Shown here: positions 35,223 through 45,527 of the stretch, in pieces | Layout: each line of letters starts with the position of its first letter | Position numbering within the stretch: the first letter of the stretch is position 1 | Origin: Bacteroidia bacterium | GTDB taxonomy: Bacteria > Bacteroidota > Bacteroidia > NS11-12g > UBA9320 | DNA length: 64,000 nucleotides | Reading direction: 5' to 3' | Assembly: GCA_965216465.1 (NCBI GenBank) | Contig: CBDCFW010000006.1 | Coordinates: forward strand, 960,001 to 1,024,000 | Program-made: the position numbers and the translations under genes | Notes under the pieces: generated by a model | What the model was told of the DNA's origin: nothing | What the model saw: the letters and a program-made list of their open reading frames with translations, nothing else | Databases searched by the model: none

Positions 35223-37237
35223 AAGTCTTTTAATTTAGTTTCAAGTTCATTCATTTCATCACGCAATCGAGCAGCCTCCATAAAGTCCATATCTTTTGCA
35301 GCTTGAAGCATTCGTTTTTTTGTAGCCTCGATCGCCTTTTTAATGCCATCCTTGCTCATCATTTCCACTATTGGATCAGCTGCAATGTTCATAGCCGATT
35401 CAGATTCATATGGGTTTGTTACTTTTTCAAGAGCAGATTTATCTCCGGTATTAAAGACTGATGTTTTATCACGTATAATGGTCTGAGGCACAATACCATG
35501 TTCTTCATTGTATTTGAGCTGAAGCATTCTTCGCCTTTCAGTTTCTTCAATCGTCACACGCATGCTTTCTGTGATTTTATCAGCATACATGATTACTTTG
35601 CCGTTTACATTTCTAGCTGCTCTACCAACCGTCTGAACCAAGCTTCTTTCACTTCTTAAAAAGCCTTCTTTATCGGCGTCTAAAATAGCAACCAAACTTA
35701 CTTCTGGTAAGTCTAGGCCTTCTCTTAAAAGGTTTACTCCGATAAGCACATCAATGTCTCCATGACGCAATCGATCGAGTATTTCAACCCGATCCAAAGT
35801 TTTAACCTCTGAGTGAATATAAGTAGATGAAATTCCCAAGTTTCGAACGTATTTGTCAAGCTCTTCAGCCATTCTTTTGGTTAGGGTTGTGACCAAGACG
35901 CGATCACCCATTTTAACACGTTCATCAATCTGTTCAAGAAGGTCGTCAACCTGAGTGCCACAAGGCTTCACTTCGATTATTGGGTCTAATAATCCTGTAG
36001 GACGGATAAGTTGCTCAACGATTACACCTTCACTTTCTTGAATTTCGTAATCGGCAGGAGTCGCACTTACATAAACCACTTGATTAGTAATTTCTGTGAA
36101 TTCTTCAAATTTTAATGGTCTGTTATCTAGGGCTGCTGATAATCTAAATCCATAGTCTACCAAGTTAATTTTTCGACTTCGATCACCACCATACATGGCT
36201 CTTACCTGTGGGATTGTAACATGACTTTCATCAACAATCATCAGGTAATCATCAGGAAAATAATCGAGCAGGCAAAATGGTCGCTGACCCGGTTTTCTGC
36301 CGTCCATATAGCGACTGTAATTTTCTATTCCACTGCAGTAACCCAATTCACGCATCATTTCCATATCAAATTCAGTACGTTCCTGAAGTCGTTTGGCTTC
36401 AAGATACTTTTGAACTTCTTTGAAATAATCGACTTGTTTAACCATATCGTCTTGAATCGATGATATCGCTTTCCTCAATCTCTCTTTTGGCGTTACGAAA
36501 AGTTGTGCAGGAAATATTGCAGCATGTTCTAAGGTTTCAATTCGCTTGCCAGACATTGGATCGATGAATTCCAACTCCTCAATTTCGTTACCAAAAAAAC
36601 TAACCCTTAAAGCAACGTCGTCGTAAGCAAGGTAAATATCAACCGTGTCACCTTTTACGCGAAATGTACCGCGTTTGAAGTCAGCAGTAGTTCTTGAATA
36701 GAGCGAGTCAACTAAAGCATATAGCAAGGTGTTTCGAGCTAAAATTTGTCCTCGTTCCAATCGAATGATACTGTTCTCATAGTCGCTAGGATTACCTGCA
36801 CCATAAATGCAAGAAACCGAAGCAACAACAATTACGTCTCGACGACCACTAAGCAAAGCTGAAGTGGTTTGCAGTCGCATCTTTTCAATTTCTTCATTGA
36901 TATTAAGATCCTTCTCGATGTACGTGTTGGTTGTTGGTATAAATGCCTCAGGCTGATAATAATCGTAATACGATACAAAGTACTGCACCGAATTTTCAGG
37001 AAAAAAGTGTTTAAACTCGCCATATAGCTGAGCTACCAAAGTTTTGTTGTGGCTCACAATGATGGTTGGTTTTTGAACCTGTTCTATCACGTTGGCCATC
37101 GTAAAAGTCTTGCCCGATCCCGTCACACCAAGAAGGGTTTGTGCAGGTATGCCTTCATTCACTCCAGAAACAAGTTGTTTTATCGCTTGAGGTTGATCAC
37201 CGGTTGGTTTAAATGGAGAATGGATTTTAAAAGGCAT
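35219..37237 (-). CDS. uvrB: Excinuclease ABC subunit B
   Basis: PTGDQPQAI, GVTGSGKT, YYDYYQPEA, DESH, C-terminal UVR domain. Confidence 0.98.
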   Translation of the reverse strand: MPFKIHSPFKPTGDQPQAIKQLVSGVNEGIPAQTLLGVTGSGKTFTMANVIEQVQKPTIIVSHNKTLVAQLYGEFKHFFPENSVQYFVSYYDYYQPEAFIPTTNTYIEKDLNINEEIEKMRLQTTSALLSGRRDVIVVASVSCIYGAGNPSDYENSIIRLERGQILARNTLLYALVDSLYSRTTADFKRGTFRVKGDTVDIYLAYDDVALRVSFFGNEIEELEFIDPMSGKRIETLEHAAIFPAQLFVTPKERLRKAISSIQDDMVKQVDYFKEVQKYLEAKRLQERTEFDMEMMRELGYCSGIENYSRYMDGRKPGQRPFCLLDYFPDDYLMIVDESHVTIPQVRAMYGGDRSRKINLVDYGFRLSAALDNRPLKFEEFTEITNQVVYVSATPADYEIQESEGVIVEQLIRPTGLLDPIIEVKPCGTQVDDLLEQIDERVKMGDRVLVTTLTKRMAEELDKYVRNLGISSTYIHSEVKTLDRVEILDRLRHGDIDVLIGVNLLREGLDLPEVSLVAILDADKEGFLRSERSLVQTVGRAARNVNGKVIMYADKITESMRVTIEETERRRMLQLKYNEEHGIVPQTIIRDKTSVFNTGDKSALEKVTNPYESESAMNIAADPIVEMMSKDGIKKAIEATKKRMLQAAKDMDFMEAARLRDEMNELETKLKDL

Positions 37238-37265
37238 CGAACAAAAGTATGCACTGAAATCGGAA

Positions 37266-37754
37266 TTAAGAATTGCCGAATGTTATCTTATCCAATTTAT
37301 TGGTTTCATTGAAAAGCATGCTGTACATTTTGCCTTTGAAGTTGATTTGAACCATATTTGATTGGTTGGGGAATGAATCTATCAATAAGGTATTTCCAAT
37401 TTCAATGTCTTTAAGCTTGCGGCGACACTTTATCGGTTTCAGGTGAACGATCGTTTCGCTGAAATTAACTTCAACAGTTGCAACACCAATACGCTGTTTT
37501 TTACCGTTGAATTTAATATCAAGGTTTTCGCTGATGTATAATAAAATTAGCAAGTCGTTAGTAGACGAATCAGATAGATGTACTTCTTCGTTCGCCCTCT
37601 CGCTTAACACGGCTTCTAAATGTTCTGTATCCGTTCGCCATTCTACTTCGAACTGTTTTTTATTCTCATCCAATGTCATAGTCATCCACGATGTGTGAAA
37701 GTCATGTTGAGGAGCCAATAGATAGATGAAAACTGCAATTATGTCCAATACCAC
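37266..37754 (-). CDS. DUF6702-like exported protein
   Basis: HDFHTS motif after a hydrophobic N-terminus; N.LL.D.FP.Q.NMV. Confidence 0.6.
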   Translation of the reverse strand: MVLDIIAVFIYLLAPQHDFHTSWMTMTLDENKKQFEVEWRTDTEHLEAVLSERANEEVHLSDSSTNDLLILLYISENLDIKFNGKKQRIGVATVEVNFSETIVHLKPIKCRRKLKDIEIGNTLLIDSFPNQSNMVQINFKGKMYSMLFNETNKLDKITFGNS

Positions 37755-37804
37755 TTTTCAAAATTAAGGATTTACCTTTCTTTGTTGACTTTATTTTTTA
37801 GCTC

Positions 37805-39979
37805 ATGAAGAAACCAACCTTAACCCTTCTCGCTTTAGCGGCATGTTTTCAACTGTCATTAGCCCAAAACACCAATCATAATAAGTTTAGGCAGCTTGGC
37901 CAAGAATTACCTACACCCAATGTGTATCGTACAGCTAGTGGTGCTCCTGGACATTTGTATTGGCAGCAGAAGGCTGATTATGTAATGAATATAGAGCTTG
38001 ATGATGAAAATCAGATTGTTAGAGGTACCGAAAATATTACCTATACCAATAATTCACCTGACCATCTTGAGTACCTATGGATTCAACTTGATCAAAACAT
38101 GAGAAATCCTGAGTCTCAGACTTACAAAATTCAAACCGGTAAAATCGACGATGGAATGAGTCTATACGAATACAAGAATTTATTTCATGAGTTTCCGGGT
38201 GGATTTAATATCGAGTATGTTCAAAAAGCTGATGGTTCAGATTTTGATATCGAAGTGAACCACACGATGATGTTGGTTAAATTGGAATCTCCACTCAAAC
38301 CAAGTGAGAAGATTGAGCTGAATATTAAATGGTGGTACAACATCAATAACCGTATGGAGATTGGCGGTAGAAGCGGCTATGAATACTTTGCTGAAGATGA
38401 GAACTATCTCTATACCATTGCACAATTCTTCCCAAGAATGGCGGTGTATAGTGATGTTGAAGGATGGCAAAATAAACAGTTTTTAGGGCGTGGAGAGTTT
38501 ACGCTACCTTTTGGGGACTACGATGTAAAATTAACTGTTCCGTCTGATATGATTGTAGGTGCTACTGGTGAAATTCAAAATAAGTCAGAAGTGCTAACGG
38601 CGACTCAAATTGAAAGACTAAAACAAGCCGAAACAGCAGATAAACCGGTTGTTATTGTAACGCAAGAAGAAGCTACTAAGAATGAGTCTTCTAGAAGTAA
38701 AGAAAATAAAACTTGGCATTTTAAAGCACAAAATGTCCGTGACTTTGGATGGTCTGCTTCTCGAAAATTTATTTGGGATGCTCAAGGTGTAAAGTTCGGA
38801 GATAGAACGGTAATGGCAATGTCGCTTTATCCTAAAGAAGGAAACCCGATGTGGGAGAAGTATAGCACAAAAGCAGTTGTTCTTACGCTTCAAACGTATT
38901 CTAAATTTACATTCGACTATCCATATCCCGTTGCATACTCCGTAAACGCTAAAAGTATAGGAATGGAGTATCCTATGATTTGTTTCAATGGAGGAAGAAC
39001 AAAAAAAGATGGTACTTTCTCAGATGACGTTAAATACAGAACAATTCTAGTGATTATTCACGAAGTGGGACACAACTTCTTTCCCATGATCATTAACTCT
39101 GATGAACGTCAATGGACGTGGATGGATGAAGGGCTAAACACCTTTTTGCAATATCAAACAGAAAAAGCATGGACGGATGAAACGGGTAAAGCATTCCCCA
39201 GTCAAAGAGGTCCAGCTCACAAGATTGTTCCATATATGTCAGGCGATAAGCGCTATATCTCGCCTATTATGACCAATTCAGAAAGCATTTATCAGTTCGG
39301 TAACAATGCCTATGGTAAACCATGTACAGGTTTAAATATTTTAAGAGAAACTATCATGGGGCCAGAACTTTTCGATTATGCATTTAAGACTTATGCAAAT
39401 CGCTGGATGTTCAAGCACCCTAGTCCTGCAGATTTCTTTAGAACAATGGAAGATGCAAGTGCGGTAGACCTTGATTGGTTTTGGAGGGGCTGGTTTTATA
39501 CTACAGATCATTGTGATATAGCAATGACCTCTGTTAAGGAGTACCGTATAAATCTGAATAGGCCTTCAGATAAAGCAAGTGCTAAAAAAGCCGAGAAGAT
39601 GGTCAAGAAACAGCATAAGAATGGAGAATTCGATCCAATCTTGCACAGCATCTATAACGCAAAGAATCCAGCAATGGCTTATGATAAAGTTAAGCAGTTT
39701 GTAATGGCAGATTCAAGAAAAAACAAGATGAGTGAAGATTCTTATTTCTATCAAATCGACTTGAAAAATCTTGGAGGACTAACCATGCCCGTAATCTTTA
39801 AACTAGATTATGCTGATGGCACTTCGGAAGAAATTCGAATTCCAGCTGAAATTTGGAAAATGGAAGATCAGGTAAGTAAGATTATCATAACAGATCAAGC
39901 AGTTAAGAAGATTACGCTAGATCCAAATCTTGAAACCGCAGACACCGATACAAGCAATAACATTTGGGAAAAGTCGTAA
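37805..39979 (+). CDS. M1-family metallo-aminopeptidase
   Basis: Signal peptide, GMEYP, HEVGH-x18-E (WMDEG). Confidence 0.93.
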   Translation: MKKPTLTLLALAACFQLSLAQNTNHNKFRQLGQELPTPNVYRTASGAPGHLYWQQKADYVMNIELDDENQIVRGTENITYTNNSPDHLEYLWIQLDQNMRNPESQTYKIQTGKIDDGMSLYEYKNLFHEFPGGFNIEYVQKADGSDFDIEVNHTMMLVKLESPLKPSEKIELNIKWWYNINNRMEIGGRSGYEYFAEDENYLYTIAQFFPRMAVYSDVEGWQNKQFLGRGEFTLPFGDYDVKLTVPSDMIVGATGEIQNKSEVLTATQIERLKQAETADKPVVIVTQEEATKNESSRSKENKTWHFKAQNVRDFGWSASRKFIWDAQGVKFGDRTVMAMSLYPKEGNPMWEKYSTKAVVLTLQTYSKFTFDYPYPVAYSVNAKSIGMEYPMICFNGGRTKKDGTFSDDVKYRTILVIIHEVGHNFFPMIINSDERQWTWMDEGLNTFLQYQTEKAWTDETGKAFPSQRGPAHKIVPYMSGDKRYISPIMTNSESIYQFGNNAYGKPCTGLNILRETIMGPELFDYAFKTYANRWMFKHPSPADFFRTMEDASAVDLDWFWRGWFYTTDHCDIAMTSVKEYRINLNRPSDKASAKKAEKMVKKQHKNGEFDPILHSIYNAKNPAMAYDKVKQFVMADSRKNKMSEDSYFYQIDLKNLGGLTMPVIFKLDYADGTSEEIRIPAEIWKMEDQVSKIIITDQAVKKITLDPNLETADTDTSNNIWEKS

Positions 39980-40051
39980 GCGACCACAGATTTAATTCTT
40001 TCGCCATTCTGGTGTAAAAATCATTGCATTTGAGCAATATATTTGTATCGA

Positions 40052-40915
40052 ATGAAACATTGGATTGCCGCTTTTAGGCTCAAAACACTTCCGCTTGCAT
40101 TAGGAGCTATCATAATTGGAAGTAGCTTGAATAAGCTTTCTTTTGAATTTGAAATATTTCTTTTTGCCTCGATAACTGCCATCTTACTCCAAATTTTAAG
40201 CAACTTGGCAAATGATTATGGCGACTTCAAAAAAGGAACAGACAAACACAGAAAAGACCGACAACTGGCAGGAGGAAACATTTCTCCTAGAGCCATGCTA
40301 ATCGCAATTGTAGTTTTTATATTGATGTGTTTGGCATCTGGTGTTTATCTTTTGCATTTATCATTTGACACGAATTGGAAACTGTGGTTCACTTTCTTAG
40401 GACTAGGCATCGCATCCATTTTTGCTGCCATTGGTTATACCGTCGGCAAAAAAGCCTATGGATATCATGGGTTAGGAGACCTATTTGTATTCCTTTTCTT
40501 TGGACTCCTTGGAGTGCTAGGAACAGCTTTTTTATTTGAGCCAGAAATAACCATGTACCAATGGTTTCCAGCCATTGCTTACGGGTGTTTGTGTGTTGGA
40601 GTGTTGAATGTAAACAACATGAGAGATTTGGATAAAGATGTCTTAACTAACAAAATAACCATCGCTGCGAAATTGGGTAAAAGTGGGGCATTCTTATACC
40701 AGCTTATTTTATTGGTTAGTGCTGCTCTTGCTTTCATAATTTATCACTTTGAAACGGGTTATATAAGCTTAGCTCCACTTGTTCTTATTGCTCTCGGATA
40801 TTTTCATCTAAGAGCCTTGCAAAAAGCTGAAACGGCCGACGAATACAACAAGCAATTGAAGACCTTGTCATTGGGTAGCTTAGCCGTTGCAATCATTTTT
40901 ATCATTCCAATCTAA
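40052..40915 (+). CDS. menA: 1,4-dihydroxy-2-naphthoate prenyltransferase
   Basis: RLKTLPL, NLANDYGD..KGTD, NNMRD..D....K.T; multi-TM. Confidence 0.93.
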   Translation: MKHWIAAFRLKTLPLALGAIIIGSSLNKLSFEFEIFLFASITAILLQILSNLANDYGDFKKGTDKHRKDRQLAGGNISPRAMLIAIVVFILMCLASGVYLLHLSFDTNWKLWFTFLGLGIASIFAAIGYTVGKKAYGYHGLGDLFVFLFFGLLGVLGTAFLFEPEITMYQWFPAIAYGCLCVGVLNVNNMRDLDKDVLTNKITIAAKLGKSGAFLYQLILLVSAALAFIIYHFETGYISLAPLVLIALGYFHLRALQKAETADEYNKQLKTLSLGSLAVAIIFIIPI

Positions 40916-40920
40916 ATAGC

Positions 40921-41940
40921 GTGTATCAATTTCAATTAGAAAAACACGAACTCGAGTTCATTATTCCAGCTAAAACATCGCGAAACGAGTTTCGAAAAAG
41001 GGATGTTTTTCGCATTGAAATTATTGACCCAATTACCGGAAAATCAGGCTTCGGAGAGGCAGCTCCTCTTGCACTTTTAAGTATTGATGACCGTGATGAT
41101 TATGAGCAGGTTTTAGAAGATCGATTGGCCAAATTCTGTGAAACGGGAAAGTTAGAACAGGTTGACCTGAATCAATTGCCAAGTATTCGCTTTGGATTAG
41201 AAACTGCACTGTTAAGCTTACGATCTGAAGATTCTGAAATCTTGTATAACACTCCATTCACTAGAGGAGACCAGGATATTCCAATTAATGGTTTGGTCTG
41301 GATGGATACGTGCGATAACATGTACGAATCTGCACTAAGTAAGATCGAGCAGGGTTATACAACAATTAAATTCAAGGTTGGAGCACAAGATTTTGACGAA
41401 GAGTGCAAAATGCTTGAAAGAATAAGAAAAGGCTTTTCTGCTTTTAAAATAACTTTAAGACTTGATGCCAATGGAGCTTTTAAACCCGATGAGGCTATTG
41501 AGCAATTAAATGAACTAAAACGATTTGAAATTCATAGCATTGAGCAACCTATAGCCAAAGATCAATGGGATACTATGGAAGAATTGTGTCACAAAAAGCC
41601 AATTGATATCGCTTTAGATGAAGAATTAATTGGGGTAGATGTTCATCGTTACGGATTTCAACTATTAAGACACCTCAAACCGCAGTACATCATTTTAAAA
41701 CCAAATTTGCTAGGTGGCCTTGTATTATCAGATCAATGGGTGCAACTCGCAAATAATGAGGGTGTTGGATGGTGGGCTACTTCTGCACTAGAGGGAAATA
41801 TTGGGCTAAATGCAATTGCCCAATGGGTGAGCCAATACCCCGTTGAAACACCTCAAGGATTAGGCACTGGAGCCTTGTTCAAGAATAATTTTCCGAGTCG
41901 ACTGCAACTAAACAGAGGGTTTATGCGTCTAAGTGTATAG
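40921..41940 (+). CDS. menC: o-succinylbenzoate synthase
   Basis: Enolase-superfamily KFKVG, RLDANG, IEQP, ALDEE, LKP; follows menA. Confidence 0.88.
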   Translation: MYQFQLEKHELEFIIPAKTSRNEFRKRDVFRIEIIDPITGKSGFGEAAPLALLSIDDRDDYEQVLEDRLAKFCETGKLEQVDLNQLPSIRFGLETALLSLRSEDSEILYNTPFTRGDQDIPINGLVWMDTCDNMYESALSKIEQGYTTIKFKVGAQDFDEECKMLERIRKGFSAFKITLRLDANGAFKPDEAIEQLNELKRFEIHSIEQPIAKDQWDTMEELCHKKPIDIALDEELIGVDVHRYGFQLLRHLKPQYIILKPNLLGGLVLSDQWVQLANNEGVGWWATSALEGNIGLNAIAQWVSQYPVETPQGLGTGALFKNNFPSRLQLNRGFMRLSV

Positions 41941-42051
41941 TAGTGTAATATAAGTGTACGAATTTGAAAACACTTTTATTGTCATATTTTGTTTTTTTTA
42001 TATAAATCTGACAATGGCACAATATTTTCACTACTTTTGTATATACATTAC

Positions 42052-42363
42052 GTGAAAAAGGTTTTTTACATAGCGTTCATTTTTGTTTTCGCCAGTTTAA
42101 TGGCGTTTGCGACTGGAGATACTGACCTCGGGCAGAATTATCCTAATCCTGCTAAGGAAAAAACTTACGTAAATGTTGAATTCACTTCTCCTCAGGCAAC
42201 CCTTACAATTTCTAATGTTTTAGGGAAAACGCTTGAGATCAAAACCTTAACAACTTCAGGAACATTTGAGCTGGATGTTACCAACTATCCTGAAGGTATT
42301 TACTTCTACACACTCGAAGCCGATGGTGAAAAGTTGACTAAGAAGATGACTGTTAAGAAGTAA
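42052..42363 (+). CDS. Small protein: signal peptide plus T9SS type A CTD only
   Basis: GTG start; QNYPNPA...NVLGK...YPEGIYFYTL...TKKMTVKK. Confidence 0.75.
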   Translation: MKKVFYIAFIFVFASLMAFATGDTDLGQNYPNPAKEKTYVNVEFTSPQATLTISNVLGKTLEIKTLTTSGTFELDVTNYPEGIYFYTLEADGEKLTKKMTVKK

Positions 42364-42406
42364 TTTTTTAATCCAAATTTTTTGAAATTGTCAAAGGGTG
42401 AATTCG

Positions 42407-43762
42407 TTACCCTAGAAGCATATTGCCTATCAGGAAGTAAAGAAAAAGTCCTAGTAGGTCATTACTTGTGGTGATAAATGGTCCTGTTGCAATTGCTGCA
42501 TCAATTTTTAATCGGTCAAGAATCAGAGGGACGATAGTTCCGACTATCGCGGCTAAAAGAATCACAGATAGCAGTGCTAAACTTACAGTAGCCATAATTT
42601 CTTTTGAGTTGCCAGAAACAAAGCCGTAGGATAAAAGTAGCATCGAACAAACCAATCCGTTTAATAAAGCAACAAATAGTTCTTTACTCAGCTTCGACCA
42701 GATCTTACCACTATCAATGGAGTTGTTTGCCAATCCCTGAACCATTATAGATGAAGATTGTACTCCTACATTTCCGGCCATCGCCATAATCAATGGCATA
42801 AATAAAGCAAGTTGTACATTTTTAGATAAATCTGCTTCAAAATTGCCAATTACCAACGAACTGGCAATTCCTCCGGCCAATCCAACAACTAGCCAAGGCA
42901 ATCGAGCACGTGTATTAAGCCAAACGCTGTCTGTACTTTCAACACTCTCAGAAATACCTGAAAGCATTTGGTAGTCTTTTTCAGCCTCGTCTTTTACATA
43001 ATCAAGAACGTCATCAAAAGTTATTATTCCGACCAATCGATTAAAGGCATCAACAATAGGCAATGTAACCAAATCGTATTTCTGCATGGTAGCAGCAACC
43101 TCTTCTCCTGATGCATAGGTGTTTTCATGAATAACGTTTTCGTTAAATATGGTCTCAACCTTTGTGCGCTCGTTAGAGAGCAAAATCTTTTTTAGCGAGA
43201 CCCAACCTACTAATTCGTCATAATCATCTACCACATAAGCGGCAAATACATTTGATACGTCTTCTGCTTGTTTTCTAATTTCGTCGGTACACTGTTTTAC
43301 GGTCCAGTCAAGCTTAACTTTTATAAGCTCTTTGGCCATCAATGCACCTGCTGTATTTTCAGGAAATTTCAGCAGCGAGGCGATATTCTTGCTATGCTCT
43401 TTATCGCTTATTTTTCGAAGAATTTCCTTGCTTTTAGACGATTCGATTGAATTCAAGATATCTGCTGCATCATCTGAATTCATAAGCAAAAAGAATGTAT
43501 TTGCAATGTCGTCGCTTGAATAGCCTCTAAGGAATTTAAGTTTTACCTCGGGTTCAAGCTCAATTAAAACATCCACTCTTTTTTGATCATCAAGAAGAGA
43601 AGCCAAGTAAACGGCTTGATCTAGATTGAGGTCATCAAAAATTTCGGCAATATCTTGAGGGAATAGCTTTTCCGCTATCTGCGTAAGCTCCTCACTTTCT
43701 TGAGATTCAATTAAACTAATTAATTCCTCTATAAACTCTTTGTTTACTTCAATTGCCGACAT
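42407..43762 (-). CDS. mgtE: Magnesium transporter
   Basis: TAGALM CBS pair, RLPWL, MAGNVGVQS, ATGPFITTSND. Confidence 0.95.
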   Translation of the reverse strand: MSAIEVNKEFIEELISLIESQESEELTQIAEKLFPQDIAEIFDDLNLDQAVYLASLLDDQKRVDVLIELEPEVKLKFLRGYSSDDIANTFFLLMNSDDAADILNSIESSKSKEILRKISDKEHSKNIASLLKFPENTAGALMAKELIKVKLDWTVKQCTDEIRKQAEDVSNVFAAYVVDDYDELVGWVSLKKILLSNERTKVETIFNENVIHENTYASGEEVAATMQKYDLVTLPIVDAFNRLVGIITFDDVLDYVKDEAEKDYQMLSGISESVESTDSVWLNTRARLPWLVVGLAGGIASSLVIGNFEADLSKNVQLALFMPLIMAMAGNVGVQSSSIMVQGLANNSIDSGKIWSKLSKELFVALLNGLVCSMLLLSYGFVSGNSKEIMATVSLALLSVILLAAIVGTIVPLILDRLKIDAAIATGPFITTSNDLLGLFLYFLIGNMLLG

Positions 43763-44513
43763 GCTCTTCTAAAAACAAACTTAGCTCTTCAAACTGAAGA
43801 TGGGTTAAATTTTCAGGTCGCAAGTTAGCAAATTGATGTTTATTAATGGTAGCCTTAGGAACAATACTTGATAAACTGTTAGACAATGTTTTACGACGCT
43901 GGCCAAAAGCGGTCTTTACAACCTTTTTAAGGAAGACGGGGTCACACTTCATTTGGTAATCAACGCGTTTTGCTTTTAAAACGATGCTGTTAACTTTTGG
44001 GGGAGGGTTAAAAGCTCCAGGAGGCAGAACCATCATTTTTTCAACCTTGTAGTAAAACGGAAGAAGAACACTCAAAATACCGTATGCTTTTTTGTCTTTG
44101 GGTTGGGCAAAAAGTCGCTCACCCATTTCAAGTTGAAACATTCCCACCCAATTCGGAATAAGCTCATGATACTCAATTATTTTGAATACAATTTGTGATG
44201 AAATATTGTACGGGAAATTTCCAATTAAACTGAATTGATTGGTGAAATAATGAGTCAAATCCACCTTTAAGAAGTCTGCTTTTATGAGTTCAATCCCTGC
44301 AAACTTTTGTTCTAAGAAATTTTGTGCTTCTGGATCAATTTCAACAGCTTTAAACGATTTAGCATTGTTGACCATAAATTGGGTAATGATTCCCATTCCA
44401 GGACCAATTTCGAGTACGTCAAGTTCTTTAATCTGACCTAAGCCGTCAACTATCTTCTGGGCGGTAGCATCACTGGTTAAAAAATGTTGTCCGAAGTGTT
44501 TCTTAGCTTTCAT
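43749..44513 (-). CDS. rsmA: 16S rRNA adenine dimethyltransferase
   Basis: KKHFGQHFL, LEIGPG.G, GNFPYNIS, F.PPPKV.S, FGQRRKTL. Confidence 0.96.
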   Translation of the reverse strand: MKAKKHFGQHFLTSDATAQKIVDGLGQIKELDVLEIGPGMGIITQFMVNNAKSFKAVEIDPEAQNFLEQKFAGIELIKADFLKVDLTHYFTNQFSLIGNFPYNISSQIVFKIIEYHELIPNWVGMFQLEMGERLFAQPKDKKAYGILSVLLPFYYKVEKMMVLPPGAFNPPPKVNSIVLKAKRVDYQMKCDPVFLKKVVKTAFGQRRKTLSNSLSSIVPKATINKHQFANLRPENLTHLQFEELSLFLEEHVGN

Positions 44514-45507
44514 GATTTATTTGCTCTTTTATCCAGGGAATTAGGCTGCGTTCACCGAGTATAATATTAGTGATTTTTATATGTTGGATTGCTTTTGCAC
44601 TAGAAAATTCTTTAATCTTAGTCCAGTCTTTTTCCGTACAAACCAAGGTACAGTTTTCAGCAAGCTTGACTAATGCTTCGATGTCCGAATTTGTGAATGC
44701 ATAGTGGTCAGGAAAAGATTTAAATCCTGCAAGGGAATAGTGTGCATTTAAATAGTGCTGAAATACCCCATTATTTGCCAAACCGCTAAATCCGTAAATA
44801 GGGCCATTAATATTCACATTGCTGTATTGAATTTGGCTGTAAAACGTTGGTTTGTCAAAAGATCTTTTATCCTTAAAGTGTTCCGGACACTTGGTGTATA
44901 TGAGTGCATCAGCGCGTTGTACTCCACGCCGAGATTCACGAAGATTCCCAACAGGAAGAATCCAATCGTTATAAAACGGTTTGCTATAAGGTGTTAGCAG
45001 AATTTGTAATGAAGGGCTTATTGAGCGGTGTTGAAAAGCATCGTCAAGAAGAATAAGGTTAATGTCAGGGTGTTCCGAAAGCATTTGCTTAACCCCGTCA
45101 ACACGATTTTCGCAAACAGCAACGAGAATATCATTGAATTTTGACTTGATCTGTAGCGGTTCATCGCCAGTTGCTGAGACGTTGTCGTTTGTCAAAACCC
45201 ATCTAAACCCTTTTGATTTTCTTCCATACCCACGGCTAAGAACAGCAATAGTGTATTCAGAGGTTAAATGACGAATTAAATATTCAATCATTGGGGTCTT
45301 GCCAGTTCCTCCAACAGATATATTGCCGACAGAAATTATAGGTACAGCAAATGGGGTTGATTTGAGTAATCCTATATCAAACAAAGTGTTTCGCACCGTA
45401 GTAATGGCCCAGTACAATATGGAAAATGGAAACAAAATGTATCTCAGAAGGCGGATCACTGGATGCAAAGAAATGGAATTGCTTGCGAGTTTGTCACTGA
45501 AACGCAC
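44503..45507 (-). CDS. lpxK: Tetraacyldisaccharide 4'-kinase (start uncertain)
   Basis: SVGNISVGGTGKTP, LSRGYGR, GDEP, LDDAFQH, TEKD. Confidence 0.95.
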   Translation of the reverse strand: MRFSDKLASNSISLHPVIRLLRYILFPFSILYWAITTVRNTLFDIGLLKSTPFAVPIISVGNISVGGTGKTPMIEYLIRHLTSEYTIAVLSRGYGRKSKGFRWVLTNDNVSATGDEPLQIKSKFNDILVAVCENRVDGVKQMLSEHPDINLILLDDAFQHRSISPSLQILLTPYSKPFYNDWILPVGNLRESRRGVQRADALIYTKCPEHFKDKRSFDKPTFYSQIQYSNVNINGPIYGFSGLANNGVFQHYLNAHYSLAGFKSFPDHYAFTNSDIEALVKLAENCTLVCTEKDWTKIKEFSSAKAIQHIKITNIILGERSLIPWIKEQINHES

Positions 45508-45527
45508 AATTATTCATAAAATTGCAT

